From: a virus
Taxonomy: Duplodnaviria > Caudoviricetes
Reading direction: 5' to 3' (one strand)
DNA: 26,943 bases
Virus record (IMG/VR): IMGVR_UViG_3300022178_005848
Span: 1-26,943 of that record
Shown: positions 1 to 7,444 of the stretch, one piece after another
How the letters are laid out: each line of letters starts with the position of its first letter
How positions within the stretch are numbered: the first letter of the stretch is position 1
Position numbers and translations under genes: made by a program
The notes under the pieces: model-generated
Seen by the model: the letters and a program-made list of their open reading frames with translations, nothing else
Database searches by the model: none
Told to the model about the DNA's origin: nothing

Positions 1-81
1 GAGAGTGATGATGATATTGAATACTCGGAAGAGGAATTAGCAATAATCAATAGTGTAGATGAAGCTCGAACAGATATATAA
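1..81 (+). CDS. 3' end of an upstream acidic hypothetical protein (partial)
   Basis: Frame 1 is open from base 1 (ESDDDIEYSEEELAIINSVDEARTDI*) to TAA at 79-81, overlapping the next start at 59. Confidence 0.55.
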   Translation, partial: ESDDDIEYSEEELAIINSVDEARTDI

Positions 82-1495
82 GAATATCCAAGAACGACTC
101 GATGTCGGTGATAAATTATGGGCGGACGAGGGTGGAGTTAGTGCATTAGCAAAAAGATGGAAAGGCTTTATTGAAAAGCTCTACGCACCCGATTACGAAC
201 CTAATACCGAAGATGAAGAAAAGGTATTAGAGTTATTAATGAATTACTTCCGAACTAATAAATCAAGTGGTTTAGAAGTATATTTGAAAGATTTGCTACC
301 TTTAAAATCTAAATTTCCTCAAATTTTAGATCCTCGATCTCAAGACTACACACCTGCTGCTAGCGAAGAAACCGAATGGGTAAGTAACGGAGGGGATTAC
401 GTGTGGAGGGGGGCTACTATGCCTCTAAGTCAAGCTAAAAAACTTATCCAAAATGCTGTTTATAAGCACTCGGGACTCATTAGCTCAAGAGCTTTCATCG
501 CCAACCAACCCAATATAACATATGTTTCCAGGGGTGAACGTGGGTTTACCTCATTCTCTTCAGATTTAAGGGGAGCACTTAACTTTAAAGGCAAAATGGG
601 ATCCGATTCCGTCACAGTTGTCTACGGGGTTAAAAAATCCAACCCTAATCTGATAATGAATCCTGATGCTTCCGATAGCATCTCTATGTTTAAAGAAAAC
701 GAGACCTTATACGTCGGAGATAACGTCGAACCTGATGTTGTTATTATTAATGATGTACGGATTTTAGGTCAAATGTACAAAGAAGCAAGCCCGTGGGTCA
801 AAGCTATTAGAGGTGATTCCGGAAGTGATCCTACTTTTTCTCAATGGGAATCTTATGGCACTCAATGGGCCGAAAAAGCAAATCTAAAGGAGCCTAGTTT
901 TGATAACGTGAGGGTTGTGGATTTTCAAAATACCCCAATGAAATCGCTAGAAGAGATATATACGGAGATACGATTAAATGAAGTCGGTGAAGGAACTTCC
1001 GAGCCATTCAAATATAAAAAGAATTTCGAGAGAGGTAAATCATTCGGCTATATAATTGATGGGTACGTTAAAAGTACAAATAATAAACCTGATTTAGAAG
1101 TGCCAATTAAACTTCAAGGCCTTGATTATGATCAAGATATTGAAGATCTAGAGCCTGATTTTATAGAATTTCTGAGTGCGGATGGGTCTGATCCCGAAGG
1201 TACTTTAAACGGAATTGAAGTTATTTTCTCGCATGCTGATAGGGATACTTTTGCTCTAGTTAATGATGTTAAGTTTATGTTTAGGTTGATGGCTACTATT
1301 AAACAAATCCTACAAAAAGAATTCTCTAGTAGTATGCCTGATGTTTTGTTGTACTCACCTACTAAGGAAGGTAGTGAAGCAATTGAAGATACTGGTCGGC
1401 ATAGATTGTATAAAGCATTTATTCAAAAGGCATTTCCAAGTGCTCGTATGTTTGTTGACGATAGAGGTGAAGAAATCATATTTAAGCTAAAATAG
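59..1495 (+). CDS. Two-module protein: N-terminal putative ADP-ribosyltransferase (R-S-E clade) plus C-terminal domain of unknown function; possible internal head protein
   Basis: Motifs YVWRG (398-412), GFTSFSSD (542-565) and ENETL (695-709) are in the order typical of R-STS-ExE ART folds. A second leader-like segment, MKSLEEIYTEIRLNE, starts at 938 and resembles the N-terminus MKLEQIYKNIQE. Confidence 0.55.
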   Translation: MKLEQIYKNIQERLDVGDKLWADEGGVSALAKRWKGFIEKLYAPDYEPNTEDEEKVLELLMNYFRTNKSSGLEVYLKDLLPLKSKFPQILDPRSQDYTPAASEETEWVSNGGDYVWRGATMPLSQAKKLIQNAVYKHSGLISSRAFIANQPNITYVSRGERGFTSFSSDLRGALNFKGKMGSDSVTVVYGVKKSNPNLIMNPDASDSISMFKENETLYVGDNVEPDVVIINDVRILGQMYKEASPWVKAIRGDSGSDPTFSQWESYGTQWAEKANLKEPSFDNVRVVDFQNTPMKSLEEIYTEIRLNEVGEGTSEPFKYKKNFERGKSFGYIIDGYVKSTNNKPDLEVPIKLQGLDYDQDIEDLEPDFIEFLSADGSDPEGTLNGIEVIFSHADRDTFALVNDVKFMFRLMATIKQILQKEFSSSMPDVLLYSPTKEGSEAIEDTGRHRLYKAFIQKAFPSARMFVDDRGEEIIFKLK

Positions 1496-1789
1496 ATGCG
1501 TATATCGGTTATTATAATGGTTTTATTGTGTAGTATAGGGTGTAGTACCACATCAAACATGCAATGTGATGAGCTCTATGCTACGGATTACAATTGCGAT
1601 ATACCACAACGTACTAGCTATAATTCGTATTACCCAAATACCCAAACTATTTATTATACTCCGCAAGTTACTCGGAGGAGGCACATACCTCACACACCCC
1701 ACAATCATATTGTAGTTCCTATTAAGGAAAAAAATACAATCTCCAAAAAGAGAACTCCTATTACTAGTAACACTAAGGGTGGTCGATAA
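1496..1789 (+). CDS. Putative lipoprotein
   Basis: MR, then hydrophobic ISVIIMVLLC, then lipobox-like SIG-C; basic, low-complexity C-terminus. Confidence 0.55.
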   Translation: MRISVIIMVLLCSIGCSTTSNMQCDELYATDYNCDIPQRTSYNSYYPNTQTIYYTPQVTRRRHIPHTPHNHIVVPIKEKNTISKKRTPITSNTKGGR

Positions 1790-1839
1790 AGTATATACGG
1801 AGATATGGGAGTGGAGGGGATGTTGAGGAGTTTTTGTTG

Positions 1840-1847
1840 ATATTTAT
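1840..1847 (+). promoter_or_regulatory. ATATTTAT putative late promoter motif
   Basis: Ends 4 nt before ATG 1852; the same 8-mer recurs upstream of five other genes. Confidence 0.55.
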
Positions 1848-1851
1848 TAGT

Positions 1852-2253
1852 ATGGCAACATCCTATACAAGATTACAATTAAGAAGTTTTCAAACCTCTT
1901 CTATTGATTTAGATGCTCTAGCATATACTTTTACTTTAGTAAATAATAATTCTACCACTGCATACTTCGCTATGGAAGGGGTGAGTTATTGGAATGGTAG
2001 TCAATTTGTTTATAAAGATGTATTTAATTCTGCTTCTTTATCATCATTAGTAAACTGTACAGTTGTTAGTGGTTCTACTAATGCGGGATTTATAATAGAT
2101 CCTAATGCTACTGCTACTTTTGATTTTACTCCTACTGCTACTATAGCGAAAAGTCAAATGAAATTTTCAGCCCCTAATACTATCGTATACAGTGTAGCAG
2201 ATACTACAGCTTCAGGTTCTTTATTAGGTGTAGATTTAGGAATAAATCCTTAA
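1852..2253 (+). CDS. Hypothetical beta-rich virion protein
   Basis: The ORF track starts at TTG 1834, but ATG 1852 (MATSY...) lies just after the ATATTTAT motif and is the more likely start. S/T/A-rich with alternating hydrophobic pattern. Confidence 0.65.
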   Translation: MATSYTRLQLRSFQTSSIDLDALAYTFTLVNNNSTTAYFAMEGVSYWNGSQFVYKDVFNSASLSSLVNCTVVSGSTNAGFIIDPNATATFDFTPTATIAKSQMKFSAPNTIVYSVADTTASGSLLGVDLGINP

Positions 2254-2270
2254 TTTTTTAAACTCTTAGC

Positions 2271-2278
2271 ATATTTAT
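2271..2278 (+). promoter_or_regulatory. ATATTTAT putative late promoter motif
   Basis: Intergenic; ends 12 nt before ATG 2291. Confidence 0.55.
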
Positions 2279-2290
2279 CAATAAAATAAC

Positions 2291-2578
2291 ATGTTTAACC
2301 CCGGAATAAATGACCCAGGACCATGGCAATGGTTTGTACAAAGAACAGATAATGTTGGTATCCCTTTGATGGAACAAAGGAGAAAGTATATGCAAGAACA
2401 ACTTCTATTTGAAGATTATATAAGTACCATACATACCGTAAATACTATAGCTGCGGGTGCAGGTGGAGGACCAGCACCAGGAGGAGGAGGACCAGATGTT
2501 ACTCCTGCAAAAGAAATTTTAGCTGAAAATGGTGATGCTATTTTAGCAGAAGATGGGTTGTATTTAGTAACTGAGTAA
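2291..2578 (+). CDS. Small virion protein, probable fibre adaptor
   Basis: Gly/Pro linker (AAGAGGGPAPGGGGP) followed by the repeated acidic motif ILAENGDAILAEDGLYLVTE, a pattern I recognise from phage fibre-associated proteins. Confidence 0.6.
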   Translation: MFNPGINDPGPWQWFVQRTDNVGIPLMEQRRKYMQEQLLFEDYISTIHTVNTIAAGAGGGPAPGGGGPDVTPAKEILAENGDAILAEDGLYLVTE

Positions 2579-2601
2579 GAATTAAAAAATAAAAATAAAA
2601 A

Positions 2602-3735
2602 ATGTCAACAGTAAAAATATCAGCATTAAACCCTTTAGTATCAGGTAGTACCTGTGCTGCTGCGGTACTTCCCATTGTAAATGATGGAGTAACCGAGAAA
2701 ATTTCAATAGATAATTTAAGAGGAACCTTAAGAGGTGCTTCAAACCAAGGACCAGCTAATGCAGCTTTAAATGGGGGTATTAATAATGCTGCTTGTAGGT
2801 TAGGAGATAGTGCTTTAGGAGGACAAGATAATGTAGTAAATGTTAATATGAACGCTAGCACAGCTGCTAGTGGTAATTATAATTATAATGGTCCTACCAC
2901 TATATCATCTGGATCTTTAAGTACTGTTATAGGGGGATTAAGAAATGTAATAGATGTAGCTTCTATAAATATTGCGGCTGGGTATCCGAGAGTACCTAAT
3001 AGTATAATAAATAGTGTGGGTTCTTGTATTACGGGATCAGCAACTAGTGCTTATGCCGGATTTTACCCTATTGTAGGAGGGGATATGGTAATTGGGGGAA
3101 ATGGTAATACTATTTCAGGACCAACTGCAAATGGAAATTATGCTAATGGGTTAAATACAATATTAGGAGGATATTCTAATTGTCTTGATTTTCAAAACTC
3201 TAACTTAAATGGTTCGGTTTCATCTTATGGTAATGCTATTATTAATTCCCGAAATTCAAGAATAGCTAGAGATAACGCTACTAACAACCCGGGAATGTCC
3301 GCAAATTTACTGATGGGGGGGTATTCCCATGATATAGCTAAAAAACAATCAGATGGAAGTGGGGTATTTAATAATAGTATTTTGGGGGGGTATGGTTCTA
3401 AAATATATGATACAGTAAAATCTACAATAATAAATGGAAATTCATCTTGTATAGAGCGGGCAAATCAAAGTTCAATTATAGCAGGTAGCAATAATGTAAT
3501 ATCAGGATCATCAGGAGTTGCTTATGATTCAGTCATAATAGGGGGTGATGGGGGTCAAATTAAAAATGTTCAAAGAGCAGTAGTTCTTGGTGGGGGTGGT
3601 GTAACTGCAAGTGTCGCAAATGCTGCACACGTTAACCAACTAGTATTTAAAACAGGAGCATTTGGAATACCCACATCCAATCCAAATGTAGCAGGCCAAG
3701 TTTGGAACGATGCAGGAACTTTAAAGATTTCATGA
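2602..3735 (+). CDS. Fibre/adhesin-like protein with beta-roll repeats
   Basis: N-terminal KISAL...VLPIVNDGVTEKISIDNL motif; about 11 repeats of type (I/V)(I/L)GGxxNxI; C-terminal IPTSNPNVAGQVWNDAGTLKIS motif typical of phage fibre termini. Confidence 0.65.
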   Translation: MSTVKISALNPLVSGSTCAAAVLPIVNDGVTEKISIDNLRGTLRGASNQGPANAALNGGINNAACRLGDSALGGQDNVVNVNMNASTAASGNYNYNGPTTISSGSLSTVIGGLRNVIDVASINIAAGYPRVPNSIINSVGSCITGSATSAYAGFYPIVGGDMVIGGNGNTISGPTANGNYANGLNTILGGYSNCLDFQNSNLNGSVSSYGNAIINSRNSRIARDNATNNPGMSANLLMGGYSHDIAKKQSDGSGVFNNSILGGYGSKIYDTVKSTIINGNSSCIERANQSSIIAGSNNVISGSSGVAYDSVIIGGDGGQIKNVQRAVVLGGGGVTASVANAAHVNQLVFKTGAFGIPTSNPNVAGQVWNDAGTLKIS

Positions 3736-3757
3736 GGGTAAAATAAAGCAGAAATTG

Positions 3758-3774
3758 AAGCTTTATAAAAGCTT
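3758..3774. repeat. Inverted repeat AAGCTTT-ATA-AAAGCTT
   Basis: Perfect 7-bp arms with a 3-nt spacer, overlapping the TTGG element of the downstream promoter candidate. Confidence 0.5.
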
Positions 3775-3803
3775 GGAAGTTTAAAAAGGTTATATTATAT
3801 TAG
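3773..3803 (+). promoter_or_regulatory. Host-type (Bacteroidota-like) promoter candidate
   Basis: TTGG(3773-3776)-N17-ATTATATTAG; same spacing as the copies at 5548, 7190 and 26894; ATG at 3808. Confidence 0.5.
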
Positions 3804-3807
3804 TCAC

Positions 3808-4692
3808 ATGAAAAAAAAGTATTCAATTTTCCACATTGAGGGAGGTTTAGGCAAACATATAATGGCTACAGCGGTAGCACAATGTATAAAAAATAATTAC
3901 CCCGATAGGGAATTAATTGTAGTTTCAGCTTACCCCGAAATTTTTTTAAATATAGATTTTATCGATAAGGTGTACCGCATAGGCAGTACACCTTATTTCT
4001 ATCAAGATTATATAAAAGGTAAAGATAGTTTTATTTTTAGAAATGAACCTTATTTTACTACCGATTATATAAATCAAACATCACACTTGATTGAGAGTTG
4101 GTGTAATCTATTTCAACTTAAATATAATGGAGAAAGTCCACAATTAGTTTTTAATAGAGCCCAAGAATTAGAAGCTACTAATTTTTGGAATAGGGATAAG
4201 CCTATTATGGTTATTCAAACAAATGGAGGACCTTTAACACAAGATAGTATTAATTCATGGACTAGGGATATGCCCCCTTTAATATCTAATGAAATAGTTC
4301 AATTATATAATAAAGATTATCACATTATGCAAGTAACAAGAGATAATACTTTCCACATTCCAGGAGTAGAAGTAATAACTAATGTTCCTTCAAGTATGAT
4401 GTTTTTATCTCTTTTAAAATTTTCTCAAAAGAGACTTCTTATAGATTCTAGTCTTCAACATGCTGCCAAAGCTTTTGATTTAAAATCTACTGTTTTATGG
4501 ATAGGGAATTCTCCTAGTACTTTAGGATATGATTTTCATGATAACATAATAGCAAATTTGCCTAGTAATATAAAGCTTCCTGATTCCTATATGGATAAAT
4601 ATCACATTCATGGTAGCCCACATGAATGTCCTATAAAAGAAGAAGTTATTTTTAATAAAGAAGAAATAATTTCTTCGATTGAAAACCAATAA
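3808..4692 (+). CDS. Glycosyltransferase, GT9/heptosyltransferase-like (GT-B fold)
   Basis: N-terminal GGLGKHIMATAV...IKNNYPD and C-terminal IDSSLQHAAKAF match the GT9 GD..m and DSG..HlAaA motifs. Confidence 0.75.
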   Translation: MKKKYSIFHIEGGLGKHIMATAVAQCIKNNYPDRELIVVSAYPEIFLNIDFIDKVYRIGSTPYFYQDYIKGKDSFIFRNEPYFTTDYINQTSHLIESWCNLFQLKYNGESPQLVFNRAQELEATNFWNRDKPIMVIQTNGGPLTQDSINSWTRDMPPLISNEIVQLYNKDYHIMQVTRDNTFHIPGVEVITNVPSSMMFLSLLKFSQKRLLIDSSLQHAAKAFDLKSTVLWIGNSPSTLGYDFHDNIIANLPSNIKLPDSYMDKYHIHGSPHECPIKEEVIFNKEEIISSIENQ

Positions 4693-4701
4693 ATTTTTAT
4701 T

Positions 4702-5517
4702 ATGAAAAAAATATTTTTCCAATCCTCTTTACCAAGAGCAGGTTCTACTTTACTTCAAAATATTATAGGACAAAATCCTAAATTTTATGTAACCCCCACA
4801 TCTGGGGTATTAGAATTGTTATATGGGGCTCGCAATCACTATACTTCTTGTGATGAGTTTAAAGCTCAAGATAGTGAATTAATGAAAAAAGGGTTTCAAA
4901 ATTTCTGTGCTCAAGGGTTAAATGGGTTTTTCGAAGGAATAACCGATAAACCTTATATTTTAGATAAAAGTAGGGGGTGGGGTTATTATTATGGTTTTAC
5001 GGATTTTGTTTATCCTAATCCTAAAATGATATGTATGGTACGGGATTTTAGAGATATTTTTGCTTCTATGGAAAAAATCTTTAGAAAACATCCTGATAGA
5101 GCTTCTGAAATGGAGAGAAACCAGGAATTAAAAGGAATAACTACAGAGTCAAGGATAGATATATGGTCATCTAGTCCTCCTATGGGGTTATCTATAGAAC
5201 GTTTATATCAAACAATAATGGAAGGGAATGCTAAACATATACACTTTGTAAAATTTGAGGAATTCACTAAACAGCCTCAAAAAGAACTTGAAAAAATTTA
5301 TGAATATTTAGAATTACCTTACTTTGAGCATAACTTTAATAATGTAAAACAGATTACTCAAGAAAACGATAGTATTCATGGCATATATGGGGACCATAAT
5401 ATTAAAAGTAAAGTAAAATATATTCCTAGTGATGCTCAAGAGGTTTTGGGTGAAGTAGCTTGCAATTGGATAAGAAACAATTACCAATGGTTTTACGATT
5501 ATTTTGAATATGCTTAA
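4702..5517 (+). CDS. PAPS-dependent sulfotransferase
   Basis: 5'-PSB loop SLPRAGSTLL, DKS motif, 3'-PB motif VRDFRDIFAS, and VKFEEFTKQP...IYEYLEL. Confidence 0.88.
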   Translation: MKKIFFQSSLPRAGSTLLQNIIGQNPKFYVTPTSGVLELLYGARNHYTSCDEFKAQDSELMKKGFQNFCAQGLNGFFEGITDKPYILDKSRGWGYYYGFTDFVYPNPKMICMVRDFRDIFASMEKIFRKHPDRASEMERNQELKGITTESRIDIWSSSPPMGLSIERLYQTIMEGNAKHIHFVKFEEFTKQPQKELEKIYEYLELPYFEHNFNNVKQITQENDSIHGIYGDHNIKSKVKYIPSDAQEVLGEVACNWIRNNYQWFYDYFEYA

Positions 5518-5522
5518 AGAAG

Positions 5523-5544
5523 CGTCATATTAACGTCATATTAA
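5523..5544 (+). promoter_or_regulatory. Perfect 11-bp tandem repeat (CGTCATATTAA)x2, Pho-box-like
   Basis: Copies at 5523-5533 and 5534-5544, immediately upstream of the promoter TTGG; GTCAT core with 11-bp period. Confidence 0.55.
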
Positions 5545-5547
5545 AAT

Positions 5548-5580
5548 TTGGCTGCGCCGGAGATCGTTCGTATATTTACG
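5548..5580 (+). promoter_or_regulatory. Host-type (Bacteroidota-like) promoter
   Basis: (T)TTGG-N17-CGTATATTTACG, similar to the Bacteroidota TTTG / TAnnTTTG consensus; near-identical arrangement at 26894-26926. Confidence 0.65.
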
Positions 5581-5626
5581 GGGTAAGGTTGCGGGTGAAT
5601 CGCGATCGTAATTTAAATTTTTAGTT

Positions 5627-6463
5627 ATGAGTGATTTAATGTTTTCAGATCGTGGTGTTGATGTTCAATTTTTAACAGATGAGCAAATCCAAGAGGTTTG
5701 TCCTGTTGCATTTTCAACAACTGTCAGTAGTGAAGTTTCAAAACACTACACCCACATTCCAACTAATCGAGTAATCGATGATATGCGTAAGCTAGGTTGG
5801 GATGTTATAGATGCTAGCCAAGTAGCAGCTCGAAAGAAATCCACAGGTGGGTTTCAGAAGCATATGCTTGTTTTCCGCAACCCAGACCTAATGGTTAATG
5901 GAAAAGATGGTGATGATGTTTGGCCTCAAATTATCATGACTAATTCCCATGATGGAAAAAATTCATTTACATTTCAAGCCGGAATGTATCGATTTGTTTG
6001 TTCAAATGGGTTAGTAATTGCCGATCAAGAATTCGGTAAAATGAAAATTCGTCACATGGGTTACGATTTTGAAACCTTGCGTGAAACAATGAATACGATG
6101 GTAGAGAAGCTACCACTTACTGTTGAGTGTATGAATAAGTTTAAAGCTACTGAATTGAGTCAAAATCAAAAATATGATTTAGCTCGTAAAGCACTTGAAA
6201 CACGATTTAAGGTTCAAGAAAACCAAAAGGTGGATCAGCTTTACAAAATTGATTTAAATGAATTCCTTACCCCAGTGCGTAAAGAAGACGCAGGTAATGA
6301 TTTGTGGAGTGTGTTTAATCTAGTACAAGAGCGTGTAGTTACAGGAGATTTCGAGTATATTTCCGGTGCTAAATTGCGTAAAGCTCGTGAGATTAAGAAC
6401 TTTAAACAAGACTTAGATGTGAATCAGAAGCTCTTTGAAGTAGCAAAAGAATTTGCTGCCTAA
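5627..6463 (+). CDS. DUF932/DUF945 family phage/plasmid protein
   Basis: Motifs YTHIPT, KHMLVFR, NSHDG, RFVCSNGLV and DLWSVFNLVQE. Confidence 0.85.
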   Translation: MSDLMFSDRGVDVQFLTDEQIQEVCPVAFSTTVSSEVSKHYTHIPTNRVIDDMRKLGWDVIDASQVAARKKSTGGFQKHMLVFRNPDLMVNGKDGDDVWPQIIMTNSHDGKNSFTFQAGMYRFVCSNGLVIADQEFGKMKIRHMGYDFETLRETMNTMVEKLPLTVECMNKFKATELSQNQKYDLARKALETRFKVQENQKVDQLYKIDLNEFLTPVRKEDAGNDLWSVFNLVQERVVTGDFEYISGAKLRKAREIKNFKQDLDVNQKLFEVAKEFAA

Positions 6464-6483
6464 GAGCCTGTCATATTGTTTGA

Positions 6484-6510
6484 GGGGGGAGCTGCCACTC
6501 CCCCCACTTT
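6484..6510 (+). terminator. Intrinsic terminator-like hairpin
   Basis: GGGGGGAG-CTGCCA-CTCCCCCC (8-bp stem, 6-nt loop) followed by ACTTTCAATTT, 20 nt after the DUF932 stop. Confidence 0.7.
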
Positions 6511-6528
6511 CAATTTAATATTTACTAA

Positions 6529-6717
6529 ATGCCTAAAAATACAAACCCATATACAATGAGAACAAAAGATGTAGTTCAAATGGTTCTAGAACAAGCCGAC
6601 ACATATAGTTTAAGAAGTGAAGTTAGGTCTGAAGCTATGGCTATTTTAAAAGAAAATCCTAACATAGATACTGGGTCGGCATATTTAATGGCAGCAATCG
6701 AATGGGATGTAGCATGA
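6529..6717 (+). CDS. Hypothetical protein
   Basis: 62-aa ORF preceded by ATATTTAC (6518-6525); the real start may be the second Met. Confidence 0.65.
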   Translation: MPKNTNPYTMRTKDVVQMVLEQADTYSLRSEVRSEAMAILKENPNIDTGSAYLMAAIEWDVA

Positions 6718-6794
6718 AAAATTATTGGACTTATAACACAACTATTGAAAATCTAAATATCGAGTATATTTATATCTCGAATGGACATAAATAA
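6714..6794 (+). CDS. Small hypothetical protein (26 aa, MKNYWTYNTTIENLNIEYIYISNGHK)
   Basis: ATGA overlap with the upstream stop; fills the gap to the next gene; below the ORF track cutoff. Confidence 0.45.
   Translation: MKNYWTYNTTIENLNIEYIYISNGHK
6766..6773 (+). promoter_or_regulatory. ATATTTAT putative late promoter motif
   Basis: Ends 7 nt before ATG 6781. Confidence 0.5.
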
Positions 6795-7215
6795 GATATT
6801 TGGATTGTTTGGTTCTAAACCTGAAGAGGGGGAGGGTAACCTCCCTAACCCCGAGTTAGTTAAAGAGTTAGAAGAAAATCATCCTAGATATTTTTTAGGG
6901 ATGTTTACTAAACTCATAAATAATCATTTAAATTATCAGGAAGGATTGATCCAAATGTTTCAATCCGTAGATCCCAAATTAGATATGGAGGATGTAAGGG
7001 CTGCAGGAGAAAATTTACTTTATAATAGAGCTTGGAAATATATTGAAAATTTTAATATAGAAGATAAGTATTCCCAAGAAATTATAAATGAAAATAGTCC
7101 TTTAAAAACAGAATATGCTATAATTTCAGCATTAATATATTTTGAAAAGGAAGAAGAATATGAAAAGTGTGCTTTTCTCAAAAAATTCCTTGATTTTTTA
7201 AATCCTACTTCGTAA
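6781..7215 (+). CDS. Hypothetical protein with C-terminal UVR-like helical motif
   Basis: FEKEEEYEKCAFLK resembles the UvrB/UvrC motif E.yE.Aa.lrD. Confidence 0.65.
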   Translation: MDINKIFGLFGSKPEEGEGNLPNPELVKELEENHPRYFLGMFTKLINNHLNYQEGLIQMFQSVDPKLDMEDVRAAGENLLYNRAWKYIENFNIEDKYSQEIINENSPLKTEYAIISALIYFEKEEEYEKCAFLKKFLDFLNPTS

Positions 7216-7220
7216 CTTAC
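7190..7220 (+). promoter_or_regulatory. Host-type promoter candidate
   Basis: TTGA(7190-7193)-N17-CGTAACTTAC, upstream of the 7249-9227 gene run. Confidence 0.5.
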
Positions 7221-7248
7221 AAATTAAACATAATAAAATCTATAAAAA

Positions 7249-7443
7249 ATGTATTTTAGAGAACACATAGTTAAAAAGCTCGAACATCTCGAAGCAAAAT
7301 TAAAGCATATCGAATTCCATACTAGTAGAGGAGACGGTGAAGAAATTATAAAAGTTAAAGAACAGTGTGAAGAACTTGTTGAAGATTTAAAAGCAACCGT
7401 AGAACGCGAACCCCGCACCTCTAACGAAGAAAATCGATATTAA
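7249..7443 (+). CDS. Small helical hypothetical protein
   Basis: 64-aa charged, helical-hairpin-like ORF with A-rich leader; 1 nt from the next gene. Confidence 0.7.
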   Translation: MYFREHIVKKLEHLEAKLKHIEFHTSRGDGEEIIKVKEQCEELVEDLKATVEREPRTSNEENRY

Positions 7444-7444
7444 T

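Noticed and set aside
1493-1498. Only TAG stop among the plus-strand genes, in frame with the next ATG (possible amber recoding)
   Set aside because: Long ORFs are intact under the standard code with near-complete coding density, and the downstream ORF has its own signal peptide.
1834-1851. TTG start given by the ORF track
   Set aside because: Overlaps the ATATTTAT motif; ATG 1852 fits the motif-to-start pattern.
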